DNA of 64,000 nucleotides from an uncultured virus (IMG/VR IMGVR_UViG_3300027704_000010) (IMGVR_UViG_3300027704_000010); one strand, 5' to 3'; shown: positions 1-9,759, counted from the stretch's first letter. Made by a program: numbers and translations. The notes: generated from the letters alone by a model not told the origin.

Positions 1-292
1 CCAATAGTTACCGGGGGGTACCGGCATAGTATGACTAATGGTTGCAGTTTTGAAAAAATGGCATCGGTTGAAATTCAATATTTGTACACACTCAAATGCC
101 GGAGGTGGTGTATTCAAAAAAAATTTAGCACAAGATTTTTCTATACTGTATAGAGCCTTCTTCTATGCGTATAGCATGGATGAGGCTGATGCGTACAGCA
201 TCTCTATGTATACCTCTGTATGCCCACTATACATCATATATAAGTATTCGGCTAACACTATGCACTATAGTGGTTACATGCATAAAAGTGTA

Positions 293-321
293 TTGACTTC
301 TTACTCAATATACAGTATACT
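293..321 (+). promoter_or_regulatory. sigma70-type (host RNAP, early) promoter
   Basis: TTGACT (293-298), 17-nt spacer, TATACT (316-321). Followed by SD CAGGAG (337-342) and ATG at 350. Confidence 0.75.
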
Positions 322-349
322 ATAGTATATACTTTGCAGGAGAAACATT

Positions 350-517
350 ATGACTAAACAGGATAGACATGCTAAGAGCGAAAGAGCTAGAACTCACAGG
401 AAACATATTAAAGCTATTGTGAAGAACAGTAGGTTACGCTTCTATGCTCACATGAAACATTTGCGAGAGAAGTATAATAAAATTAAATCGAGACATCATG
501 ATAACAAAGTTGATTAA
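350..517 (+). CDS. small basic hypothetical protein (55 aa)
   Basis: Translated by hand: MTKQDRHAKSERARTHRKHIK...HHDNKVD*. Good SD and upstream promoter. Not in the supplied ORF track. Confidence 0.65.
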   Translation: MTKQDRHAKSERARTHRKHIKAIVKNSRLRFYAHMKHLREKYNKIKSRHHDNKVD

Positions 518-569
518 TAAATGGAAGAGGAGTTTGTATAAGCATTGGATTGCTCCGTGGGGATTATAA

Positions 570-575
570 TAAATA
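570..575 (+). promoter_or_regulatory. late-type promoter core TAAATA, 5 nt before ATG 581
   Basis: AATAAATA-GTATT-ATG, the same geometry as four minus-strand sites. Confidence 0.5.
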
Positions 576-580
576 GTATT

Positions 581-694
581 ATGAAAGATATAATTAATAA
601 AATACTATATACCAGATTCCATGTGGGCTATTTTGTATGTGCTTTAATATTTGCTATGGGCTTATGTATTACAGCACTAGTAGAACTAATTTAG
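581..694 (+). CDS. small membrane peptide (37 aa)
   Basis: MKDIINKILYTRFHVGYFVCALIFAMGLCITALVELI*. One hydrophobic segment; preceded by TAAATA-N5. Confidence 0.5.
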   Translation: MKDIINKILYTRFHVGYFVCALIFAMGLCITALVELI

Positions 695-784
695 TTTTGC
701 TAAACTCTGATTGAGATTAAATAGGATCTCACCGCGAAGGCGCTTCGTTTCACTCGCACCTACTGAAGGTTCCGCCGCCCTGGG

Positions 785-1459
785 CTATTTGTAACCTATT
801 TGCATGTAGCGACTATATGCTGGAGTTACCATACTGCCCACGTACTTGGTATTGCTTAATGGGTATTTGCTTATCATATCCTCTATGCTGTTGCTGGTAT
901 TAATATGTCCATCAAAGGATTCGCTGTTATTAGTTTGCATTATAATTAATTGATCCGAGTCAACAGTATCAAACCAATCGCTATTCATATGTTCACAACT
1001 GGTATTAATAATCCAATCGGGTTTAACCGTAATTAATTCCCCTCCAGTTTCAAACTCACAGTTACTTAAATCTAAATGTGTAGCATCAGCAACAACTCCT
1101 TTGTAACGCCAGCCTGCTAGATACTTTTGGTTCAGTCGTTCACTTAAATCTTGTGCAGTGGGATCAGCATCAACTCCGTATATACGTTCTATAGTTAATG
1201 CTCTGTGCAGTGGATCAACTAGACTGCCTATCCAACTGCCTAATATAATCACAGTGGCATTAGCTTTTAATGGAGATACTTTATACAGTTCGCCTAACAG
1301 CCAGCTCTTGGATGCTAACTGTCCTTTGCTGAATGCATGTTTAGGATACAAACTGCTGTGTTGTACTATATGCTCGAACTGGCTCATGCTTACTTTCAAG
1401 AAGCCTGCATCGATATAATCGTTAACCGCTTCCCATGTGTCTAGTTTAATTTCATTCAT
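785..1459 (-). CDS. class I SAM-dependent methyltransferase-like protein
   Basis: Motif-I-like VIILGSWIG, acidic end of strand 2 (IYGVDAD), and DWIINTSCEHM. Start placed at MNEIKL (1459) by ATGA overlap with the upstream ORF. Confidence 0.6.
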   Translation of the reverse strand: MNEIKLDTWEAVNDYIDAGFLKVSMSQFEHIVQHSSLYPKHAFSKGQLASKSWLLGELYKVSPLKANATVIILGSWIGSLVDPLHRALTIERIYGVDADPTAQDLSERLNQKYLAGWRYKGVVADATHLDLSNCEFETGGELITVKPDWIINTSCEHMNSDWFDTVDSDQLIIMQTNNSESFDGHINTSNSIEDMISKYPLSNTKYVGSMVTPAYSRYMQIGYK

Positions 1460-1605
1460 TTTATTCTCTCTAACATTTCTAATACTGTGCATAGTTCAGC
1501 AACTGAGCTGTCTAACACCATGTGAGCAACTTCGTTATCGTTCTTGGCTCTCTCCTCACATAACATATCTATTCTTACTCTGAGGTACTTTTCAATTTTA
1601 TCCAT
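1456..1605 (-). CDS. small hypothetical protein (49 aa)
   Basis: MDKIEKYLRVRIDMLCEERAKNDNEVAHMVLDSSVAELCTVLEMLERIK*. Fills the gap, has upstream GAGG, and its stop overlaps the next ATG. Confidence 0.55.
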   Translation of the reverse strand: MDKIEKYLRVRIDMLCEERAKNDNEVAHMVLDSSVAELCTVLEMLERIK

Positions 1606-1781
1606 TCCTCTATCCTCTCTAGTACTGCGTTCTTTTCTTCATCTGTGGCTGTGTACCAGTCACGCATCTCAGTAGCAGTTCTGTAACAGCCGATGCAGTA
1701 CTCACTGTTCACATCAAACGTACATATTTTAATACAGGGTGATGGTACCATACTGCGTGGTCTAGCTTTACCTCTTCTCAT
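1575..1781 (-). CDS. DUF1289 family small Cys-rich (putative Fe-S) protein
   Basis: Signature PSPCIKIC...CIGCYRTATE..DW. Confidence 0.8.
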   Translation of the reverse strand: MRRGKARPRSMVPSPCIKICTFDVNSEYCIGCYRTATEMRDWYTATDEEKNAVLERIEEWIKLKSTSE

Positions 1782-4700
1782 ACTGTGCCTCTAACCATTC
1801 GTAATCATTAATTAATTCTAATGCAACTGTGTTCCCCCGGTTGCGTCCTGCATAGTCATTACCTGCGTTTGCTCCTGCTACAGCTTGATCACTGTAGTCT
1901 CCCTCAGTAGCGTTTAGCCATGCCCCTAATCTTTGTTGTGCGTCTGCGTCTGTGCTAGTTGCTAACTTAACGCACTCTCTGAATGCACTACGCCATGTGC
2001 TGTATGCATCAGTATTAAATCTTGTTGTACAAGCAACTTCAGGCATTACTTTAAATCGTTTGCCTAATCCAGTTGTAAAGTCTATGCCCCAAGTGGTTGC
2101 TCCTCTAACTGCGTTAGTGTTAAACAGTTTAACTCCGCCGTAGCCATAAGTATCACCAGTAACAGGGTTAGCACTATTCCACACATGAGTAACGTCTTGG
2201 TCATATACATCTGGTATATAACTAAAGTCGAAGTCTGTGCTTACATCAGCATCACCGTCCACTACCCAGAACATACTACTGCTCACTGAATTACTTGCTT
2301 GTTGGTGTGCTGTGAATATTCCGTCTACATCACTAACCAGTATAGACTCGTCTGGTAATGCCTCTAGCAGTTCATGTGCGTTGTTTTGTGCGTAAGTGAT
2401 GAGTACTATGTCATATGGCTTATACACACTAGCAGTTGCTTTAACATACTGTAGTGTTCCACGTGGCATTTTGTTTAACTGTATGTCATCTGATGTTAAA
2501 CCTTCTATACCTTTGTGCCATAAACGTATGCCACCATATGAATGTGTTTTGTTTGTGCGTGGATTAACTCGTTGCCATGTGTGTACTTTGTTTAATCCAT
2601 CTAGTTGTGGAGTATAACTGTACTCGAATTCAGGTATTGGTGTTACATCTGGATCAATAGTATAGAAGTAATCACCTGTAGTAACATTTTTATAGTTGTT
2701 TAACTGCTTGAGTAACGGTGTTTCAGTGTTAAGAGCGAAACATTCCCACGTTGTAGGTGTAGTTGCTACCCGGTATACTGGCTTTAAGTCTTTAAAACTG
2801 TTGTTAATTAACTGTTTAACAGTGAACTTGGTGTTGGTAAAGGTACCAGTGGGTACTAAACGAACGCCACGTTGGGCATCTATGCTGTCAATCCACACGT
2901 GAACCACATGCTCTTCCCACTTAGTAGGCACATAATCAAACTTCCAATCGCTTACTAAGGTGCTATGAGGATCAACTACCCAGTACATGTTGCTGTCTAA
3001 GTTCATTTCAAACAATAACAGTTGGTCTATTATGTCTTTATCACTGTTCAAGTAGCATATAGGATACTCTTTTTGCTCACCTGCTACAGCATTTAATATT
3101 AATTGGTCTGGTATACTGCAAGTTAATACTTGTTCATCAGTTAATTGACTAGCATTATACGTTGTGGGCCACAGTCTAAGACCGCCATGTCCTATAACTA
3201 ACCCTTCTGCGTCTGTTCTTTTCCATACATGCACTACATTTGTATTGTTTACATGTGGTATAATGCTCTCTGCAATAACAGTTTCGGTTAATTCAATGTC
3301 TGGATCTACTGTCCACACATAGCCTACGTCACTATGCTTGGCTAATACGTCCTGTATTTCCTTTGATGTCATGTGTTCTAACTGTTCAACGGGCCATATA
3401 GGATCTCTACTTGCTACCTTAGGCAGTTCTTTTAGTTTAACATAACTGTTTTCTTTAATTTGTTCTAGTGTGTAGTGGGCTACCGGCATTAGTTTAACGC
3501 CACTTTGCTTACTGCTACCTGCATGTTGCCACATGTGGACTACATCTTTATCATATTGTGTTGGGTAATAACTATAATCGAAGTCTGCATCTACTTGTAC
3601 ATGTGCATCAACTACCCACATCATGCTTACGGTTGTTTGTAGTGCCAGAGCTTCGTAGACGCCGTCTAACGGCTGTAACAGTTCTTCCGGCTGTATGTGG
3701 TACACTGGATACTTTTTCTGTGTACAAGCCGGCTCTCTAATATACTTTGGTCTACCTTTGCCTTCGTTCTTGTTCCTTAAACTAACTCCACCGTAATCGT
3801 ATTGCTTACCTGTTACAGGATTTAGTTTTTGCCATACATGTTGCTTACCATCGTCGAACACATCAGGCTGGAAGTCAAAGTCAAATCCTACAAGTACATC
3901 AACGTCTGGATCAACTACCCAGAACCAAGCATGAGTACTCTTTGCTAATCCTTCTTGATATGAACTGTATGTTTCAAACTCATACGTTAATGCTACAGGA
4001 CTCATGTCGTGTACTTTAACATCACCATTCCAATCCTTTGGCATCCATATAAGTATGCCATTGAATATATGTTTAGTGTTACGTTCGAATGTTGTTGGGC
4101 TCCACGGTATATGACTTATGTCATTAAAGGCTGTGGGCAGTATCCAACAGTCAGCATCTACTCGATCCATTCCTTCATCAGTGTATATGATCGGGTAGCT
4201 TCTACCTCCGACGGGGTTAGTGGCAATAAACTTGCTGTCCTCACTGCCAGATCTCGGAACAAGTTTAATACCTCCTGCTCTGTTGTCGCTGATATTTGTA
4301 ATTGCTTTGGGGTATTTGTGTTCCAGGTCATCCGGAAACTTGAATATGTGTATGTACTTTGTGTCATGCTGTTGTGGAACATAGTTGAACTCCTCGTTAA
4401 TTTGATGTTCGTTGTCTACTAACCAGAACATTTTAGTTCTGCTTTTCCTTGCAGGAGTATCATAGTCGCTGATATTATCTGCATAGAATATATCATAACG
4501 TACAGGACAAATATCTTCTTGATACTTATGCTTGGTTACGTCAAAGTGTTTATTCATTAATCGTACGCCACCACATCGGGTATCCCATGCGTCTGTGAAG
4601 TCTGCTGGGTAACGTTCTTCTAGGTGACTGGGTATTTTAAATACATGTATATAATCTAATTCGTGACTTGCTGGAACGTATAACAGTTTACCATTAAACT

Positions 4701-5652
4701 GAAACTCTCTATCCACAATCCAGAACCATTCTGTTTTACTACGCTCTGCATAGTCGCTGTATGTTTCTGCATTAAAGTCTTCGTTGTCTATATAGAACAC
4801 ATCATACGCTTCGTCCTCTACTGGACATGCAGGATGTATTTTAAGTTCCGCGTATGTCCAATTCATAGGCACTAGTCTAATGCCACCCATACCCAACGGA
4901 TACTTTTCTTTTAATTGGTATGGCATTTTAAAACTGTGTACAAAGTCTTTCTCAAACGGATTAGGAACCCAGTCAAGTGTTTTAGTATTAATAGTATGTT
5001 CTTTATCTATTAACCAAACATATTCGTTTGTGTGTATATCACGCTGACTGTAATCGTCTACATCGGTAACAAACATAAACGGTATGTCTAAGTCTGCATT
5101 TAAGAAGCCGTGGTATTTAATTTGTGCGTCTTTCCAATCACGTGGATATAATTTAATGCCACCTTCTTCTTTTGGATACTTATGTTCTAGTTGTCCCCTT
5201 AAATGAAAACTGTGTATGAAGTCTGGTTCAAAGTTCCCCGGTGCCCAATCGATGTTTTCAGTTATTTTATATTCAGGATCAACGCACCAAACATGTGTGC
5301 TACTAGAGTTATCAAAGTAGTCCCCCGGTGTCGTGCTTGTTAGTACGTTGAATGTTTTTGTACATGCTACTGCATTGTGATGGAATGTTTCTGGAAACCC
5401 AATTGGCTTTTTAACTTTTAATGTTACTCCGCCATAGTTCAATTGGTTCCACTTCCAAACATGTTCGTAATTTTTTGTATGCGAGTCTGGCTTAAAGTCA
5501 AATATACTATAGTCGGTAACAGTAATGTCTTCTTCGATGAACCAATACATTGATGTATTGCTAGAGATAGCAGACACGTTACTGACTTGTTGTGCAAAAG
5601 GTAACTGCTCTACTAGAGCATCGTTCTCTCCTACATAAAAAATATCATACAT
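1768..5652 (-). CDS. 1294-aa protein made of about 12 tandem glycosyltransferase(GT-A)-like repeats
   Basis: Recurring unit W[VI]VDx[DE]...F[DN][FY]xP...H[VI][WF]...GG[VI][RK]L. The last unit (MFWVVDGDA...NPVTGDTYGYGGVKLF...WRSAFRECVKL) is similar to the single-domain ORF at 30715-31710. Confidence 0.7.
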   Translation of the reverse strand: MYDIFYVGENDALVEQLPFAQQVSNVSAISSNTSMYWFIEEDITVTDYSIFDFKPDSHTKNYEHVWKWNQLNYGGVTLKVKKPIGFPETFHHNAVACTKTFNVLTSTTPGDYFDNSSSTHVWCVDPEYKITENIDWAPGNFEPDFIHSFHLRGQLEHKYPKEEGGIKLYPRDWKDAQIKYHGFLNADLDIPFMFVTDVDDYSQRDIHTNEYVWLIDKEHTINTKTLDWVPNPFEKDFVHSFKMPYQLKEKYPLGMGGIRLVPMNWTYAELKIHPACPVEDEAYDVFYIDNEDFNAETYSDYAERSKTEWFWIVDREFQFNGKLLYVPASHELDYIHVFKIPSHLEERYPADFTDAWDTRCGGVRLMNKHFDVTKHKYQEDICPVRYDIFYADNISDYDTPARKSRTKMFWLVDNEHQINEEFNYVPQQHDTKYIHIFKFPDDLEHKYPKAITNISDNRAGGIKLVPRSGSEDSKFIATNPVGGRSYPIIYTDEGMDRVDADCWILPTAFNDISHIPWSPTTFERNTKHIFNGILIWMPKDWNGDVKVHDMSPVALTYEFETYSSYQEGLAKSTHAWFWVVDPDVDVLVGFDFDFQPDVFDDGKQHVWQKLNPVTGKQYDYGGVSLRNKNEGKGRPKYIREPACTQKKYPVYHIQPEELLQPLDGVYEALALQTTVSMMWVVDAHVQVDADFDYSYYPTQYDKDVVHMWQHAGSSKQSGVKLMPVAHYTLEQIKENSYVKLKELPKVASRDPIWPVEQLEHMTSKEIQDVLAKHSDVGYVWTVDPDIELTETVIAESIIPHVNNTNVVHVWKRTDAEGLVIGHGGLRLWPTTYNASQLTDEQVLTCSIPDQLILNAVAGEQKEYPICYLNSDKDIIDQLLLFEMNLDSNMYWVVDPHSTLVSDWKFDYVPTKWEEHVVHVWIDSIDAQRGVRLVPTGTFTNTKFTVKQLINNSFKDLKPVYRVATTPTTWECFALNTETPLLKQLNNYKNVTTGDYFYTIDPDVTPIPEFEYSYTPQLDGLNKVHTWQRVNPRTNKTHSYGGIRLWHKGIEGLTSDDIQLNKMPRGTLQYVKATASVYKPYDIVLITYAQNNAHELLEALPDESILVSDVDGIFTAHQQASNSVSSSMFWVVDGDADVSTDFDFSYIPDVYDQDVTHVWNSANPVTGDTYGYGGVKLFNTNAVRGATTWGIDFTTGLGKRFKVMPEVACTTRFNTDAYSTWRSAFRECVKLATSTDADAQQRLGAWLNATEGDYSDQAVAGANAGNDYAGRNRGNTVALELINDYEWLEAQYEKR

Positions 5653-5980
5653 CTATTTTGTGTCCTACTACTGCGTTTATATATTTATTGATATGGTCTA
5701 GTCCGTTGTCTAGGTTTTCTAATTCACGGAACATTAATTGGTTAGCACTAAAGCAACAATCGTCTCGGTGATGTCTTGCACTAATCTTACACACATGACA
5801 GTTCCCTTTTAGTTTCCAGAACATCATTTCCTCTGGAGTTAACAGTGGATCATATAGCCATGGGTTGCGTGATACTTCGGTAGGCGATAGTTCGCTATAG
5901 TCGTGGTCCGCAAGTAGTTCTTTAACGTAACCGTTTATGCCTATTGCCTCTATTCGTTCTTTAACTTTTTCGTTAGTCAC
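5645..5980 (-). CDS. hypothetical protein with CxxC/HH/CC motif (possible metal binding)
   Basis: GNCHVCKISARHHRDDCC. GTG start at 5980 overlaps the end of the carbamoyltransferase gene. Confidence 0.55.
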   Translation of the reverse strand: MTNEKVKERIEAIGINGYVKELLADHDYSELSPTEVSRNPWLYDPLLTPEEMMFWKLKGNCHVCKISARHHRDDCCFSANQLMFRELENLDNGLDHINKYINAVVGHKIDV

Positions 5981-7517
5981 TTGTATGTACTCTGATGTTG
6001 TAATGGTTTGTAAAAGCAGTAGCATCTTCTTTAGTATTAACTATTGGCTGACCTTTAACATTGAGACTCGTATTGAGAACAATAGGACAACCTGATACTT
6101 TGTGCCATTCGGATAGTGCTTCATATAGTTCAGGGTGCTGTTTTCTATTAACAGTCTGAACCCTACTCGTTCCATCCCCATGTACGACAGCAGGTATTTC
6201 ATCTGGACGTTTGCATTTTGCTACAAACTGCATGTATGGACTTTCGTTTAAACCGCCCGGCAGTTCAAACCAATCTTGTACATGTTCTTCTAAAATGATA
6301 GGAGCAAACGGTCTAAACTTTTGTCTACGTTTAATTTCATTTACTCTATCCTTAATCTCTTCCCCTCTAGGATCAGCAAATAAACTTCTGTTCCCTAATG
6401 CTCTAGGACCAAACTCTGCTCTGCCATTGGCAACTCCAAAGATTTCCCCATTGTTTAAACTCTCGACAAACTTCCTTACGGGCCACTTGCCTTCTATTAC
6501 AGTTCCTAAGTAAGGAGTTTTCCATTCTACTTTCTTTAATGTATCTGCAAAATGTAAGAATGCCGCGGCACCTAAACTACTTCCAGCATCACCTGGGTTA
6601 GGCATTATGTGTACGTCATCGAATATATCAAACAGTTTACTATTAGCAACACAGTTTAATGCACAGCCACCCATGAACACTAAGTTCTTACTATGAGTGT
6701 ACTTGTAGGCTAACTCCGCGTATTCCATAATTCTTTCTTCACATACTAACTGAGCACTTGCGGCTAAGTCGTACTTAATTTGTTCGTTACCCGGAATGTT
6801 TAAATTGTTTATTAAGAAGTCGTCTGGTAAGCCTCTACTCATATCAATGGTGTGTAGACACTCTCCTCTATTCTCTTTAGTAATCTTTTCATGCTTAAAC
6901 AATTGCTTACGCATCTGTTTAGCGAATATCGGATTACCGTATGCCGCCATTCCCATTAGCACATATTCATCTTCCATAGGCTTCAGTCCTACTCTGGCTG
7001 TTACAGCACTATAGAATAAACCTAGACTACTTGGGAAGTTTGTTTCGTGTACCAATTCAAACTTGCCACCTCGTTCTTCATACCTGTATATGGTTGCAGT
7101 CTGCACTTCGCCTATTGCATCGATAGTCATTATAGCACACTCGTCGAAGTCACTAGTAAGTACTCCTGCGGCGGCATGACTTTGATGATGTAATGTATGC
7201 TGAACTGGAATACCGTCTAGCTGTGGATAAAATCTTTTAAGCCATTGCTCGGCAGTTGGTTCCGTGAACACAGCCTTAACTGCATCCATTCTCAGTTGTT
7301 TTAGTCTACGTTTAGACTTTAACTTACTATCCTCATGCATTACTATAACATCTGGCATGCCAAATGTCAATGCTTCTGCCATTAATTCTTTGTGTAAGAA
7401 AGGATCGTTCTTCTTTCTACTATAACGTTCGCTGTGACCAGCAAACATAATCTTGCCTTCGTCGACTACACAAACAGACGCATCATGGAACATACAACTT
7501 ATACCAAGTATTCTCAT
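5973..7517 (-). CDS. carbamoyltransferase (NodU/CmcH/TobZ family)
   Basis: N-terminal ILGIS..HDAS and ERYSRKK, HHQSHAA, MGGCALNCVAN, PNPGDAGSSLG, GRAEFGPRALGNRS, RPFAP, HGDGTSRVQTV, LNTSLN. Confidence 0.95.
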   Translation of the reverse strand: MRILGISCMFHDASVCVVDEGKIMFAGHSERYSRKKNDPFLHKELMAEALTFGMPDVIVMHEDSKLKSKRRLKQLRMDAVKAVFTEPTAEQWLKRFYPQLDGIPVQHTLHHQSHAAAGVLTSDFDECAIMTIDAIGEVQTATIYRYEERGGKFELVHETNFPSSLGLFYSAVTARVGLKPMEDEYVLMGMAAYGNPIFAKQMRKQLFKHEKITKENRGECLHTIDMSRGLPDDFLINNLNIPGNEQIKYDLAASAQLVCEERIMEYAELAYKYTHSKNLVFMGGCALNCVANSKLFDIFDDVHIMPNPGDAGSSLGAAAFLHFADTLKKVEWKTPYLGTVIEGKWPVRKFVESLNNGEIFGVANGRAEFGPRALGNRSLFADPRGEEIKDRVNEIKRRQKFRPFAPIILEEHVQDWFELPGGLNESPYMQFVAKCKRPDEIPAVVHGDGTSRVQTVNRKQHPELYEALSEWHKVSGCPIVLNTSLNVKGQPIVNTKEDATAFTNHYNIRVHTSD

Positions 7518-7735
7518 CTATAAATAAATGGATCTGCTTTACGGATTTGTTCTAACTTATCCTTCAGCATCTCTTCTTCCTCATCAGTAAGATTTAATTC
7601 GGGTACATCGGGTACTTCAATTTCTGTAGGGCCTCTAAGTACTTCAGCTTTCTTACTTATTGGATTACCCTGCAAGTCACCGTGGTCGATAATCTCTGTT
7701 ACCTCTTCGGCTAGTTCGTTTCTTTCTTCTGGCAT
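7514..7735 (-). CDS. small acidic hypothetical protein ending ...IRKADPFIYR
   Basis: 73-aa ORF overlapping both neighbours (ATGA overlap with the carbamoyltransferase). Confidence 0.7.
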   Translation of the reverse strand: MPEERNELAEEVTEIIDHGDLQGNPISKKAEVLRGPTEIEVPDVPELNLTDEEEEMLKDKLEQIRKADPFIYR

Positions 7736-8451
7736 TATAATTCCTCTATAAACTTTTTAACTTCATTTGCATATAGCGTGTGTAAATGCTTATCTGCGTG
7801 GTACCATTCTGAGAAGTGTGAAGCGTTTTCTTCTGTGTCGTACCTTTCTATAAAACTGTCTTCACTCTCAAAGAACACATCATGCGGGAACGTATGCATT
7901 AAATGTTTTAATCTTAAATGATCAAACGTCTCTGCTTTTATTGACGCACAATTATTTACCTGTATGTGATCAACTTCGTAAGATTTTAAGAACGAATCTA
8001 GCATAGTCATATAAGTTATTTTTTTAAACAGTCCAAAGTTATAGTCTGTGTGATATAACTGCAATGCTTTGAACCATGTAGTGAAGTCGCCAGTGTTTTT
8101 GTATTGTTCTGCATCAGATCCGTTTGCCCAATGTATATGTTGATCTTCCCATGTAAACTCTACTCGTTCGTTAGTAGTCCATCCTACACATACAAGTAAC
8201 TCCTTTGGATCTCTTCCTTGATATACCCACTGACTAACATAGTCAATAGTGGATCGCATGATGTATTCATTACTGCCACCCGGTGCTGAATGATTTGTGT
8301 AGTTAAGTTCAAACGCTCTAGCAAGTTGTCCGGGCCATGCATGGACAATATTTTGTTTAGTAGCCGCAGTTGTTCCTGGGCCACATATCTCACTACCTGC
8401 CATATGGCTACAACCGATTGCGTATAAGTGTGTTTTGTCTTTTAAATCCAT
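7735..8451 (-). CDS. SGNH/GDSL-hydrolase-like protein
   Basis: Block I GCSHMAG, WP, N.S.PGGSN, VGWT..ER, and a C-terminal His region (WYHAD..H). Confidence 0.6.
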   Translation of the reverse strand: MDLKDKTHLYAIGCSHMAGSEICGPGTTAATKQNIVHAWPGQLARAFELNYTNHSAPGGSNEYIMRSTIDYVSQWVYQGRDPKELLVCVGWTTNERVEFTWEDQHIHWANGSDAEQYKNTGDFTTWFKALQLYHTDYNFGLFKKITYMTMLDSFLKSYEVDHIQVNNCASIKAETFDHLRLKHLMHTFPHDVFFESEDSFIERYDTEENASHFSEWYHADKHLHTLYANEVKKFIEEL

Positions 8452-9759
8452 TTACCAATCCAGTAATTTGTATAAGTCTGGCAGACTGTCTGCTAAACTT
8501 TGGTTACGTTTATCATCTAATAACAATGTGTAACGTTTGAATATTTCCATTTGCGTTTCAGCATCATCGTTAACTTGGTCATCGCCCAATGCATTAATAA
8601 TTCCTAGCACTGTTTGTTTATTCCTTTCATCGTTAGCAAAGTATGTACTAGTATCAAGCCAGTGATGTAATCTACTCTTTGCTTCGTCTCTAATGTTCTT
8701 AGGCAAGTTACGAATGTCTAAGCATTTAGGATAGTTGTTCATTAAGAAACTAATGTCTATTCGTCTACCACTTAGTTCAGTGATCTCTTCAGCATAGTCT
8801 AGTAAGTCTGTTATATTTAATATGTTATATATTTGTACAACAGGACTAAACAACAAGTTACCTACAACTTTAGAATCAGCATACTCTTTAATATGCTTAT
8901 CTACTATAGACCATTTGCTTCCACTTCTAATATATTCATTGGTGGTACTGTAGCCATCAACACTTAAACACATCAACACATCTCTAAACTTGACTACTAA
9001 GTCTAGGAACCTGGGTTGTATGTTAGTCATGTTAGAGTTGAACACTAAGTCAATGTCCTTAGCAATACCCATCTCTACACATTTTTCTAGTATCCAATAT
9101 ACACGTTGTATAATAGTTGGCTCACCACCCGTAAAGTATAATCTATTTACATTAGGTAACCACTCCTCTACTGTTGCTAAGAAGTCTGGCTCATCGAACC
9201 AAGGGATAGTGTAATCGTCGAACTGCTCCCAATGAGTGTTCTCTATTACGAATGCACGTTCTTCTTCTGTGTATATAGTATCGTCTTTTAATTCTTTATA
9301 TATAGCACTACTGTTTTGGCTCTGACACATTCTACATTTTAAGTTACATAGTGTGCCAAGTCTAAAGTCTAAGTATTGCGGTGACTCCTCTACGAAGTAA
9401 TCGTTGTTAATACTCTTGTCTATTATCTTTTTAATCTCTGGAGCATTTCTATGGAAGCCCATCCAGTCTTTGATATAGTTTTCTCTGTAACTAGGTATGC
9501 CCAAGTCTTCTAATTGGTAGCAAGGCTCACACCCTTCTACTTGGTCGCCTTCTATCATTTGCTTTCTTATCTTACGATAGTGTTTCCCATTCCAAACATC
9601 TTCAATCTTATCACCACGGTCTAACATAATAGGATGCTTGTCGTCATTGTCTCGTTTCACTTGCCCACTAGCAACACAGCAAAAGTTAACTGTGCTTGTT
9701 GGCTGTGTCATTACATGTATCCAAGGATACGGACAAAATGTTTTACTATAGTCCGTCAT
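8452..9759 (-). CDS. radical SAM protein with N-terminal SPASM/Twitch-like domain (rSAM-1)
   Basis: CNLKCRMC and FTGGEP. N-terminal FCPYPW...FCC...CEPC. Start at MTDYSK. Confidence 0.92.
   Translation of the reverse strand: MTDYSKTFCPYPWIHVMTQPTSTVNFCCVASGQVKRDNDDKHPIMLDRGDKIEDVWNGKHYRKIRKQMIEGDQVEGCEPCYQLEDLGIPSYRENYIKDWMGFHRNAPEIKKIIDKSINNDYFVEESPQYLDFRLGTLCNLKCRMCQSQNSSAIYKELKDDTIYTEEERAFVIENTHWEQFDDYTIPWFDEPDFLATVEEWLPNVNRLYFTGGEPTIIQRVYWILEKCVEMGIAKDIDLVFNSNMTNIQPRFLDLVVKFRDVLMCLSVDGYSTTNEYIRSGSKWSIVDKHIKEYADSKVVGNLLFSPVVQIYNILNITDLLDYAEEITELSGRRIDISFLMNNYPKCLDIRNLPKNIRDEAKSRLHHWLDTSTYFANDERNKQTVLGIINALGDDQVNDDAETQMEIFKRYTLLLDDKRNQSLADSLPDLYKLLDW

Noticed and set aside
38..325. 95-aa plus-strand ORF
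   Set aside because: Low-complexity Tyr/Ser translation of TA-rich DNA, no SD, and it overlaps a clear promoter. More likely non-coding.
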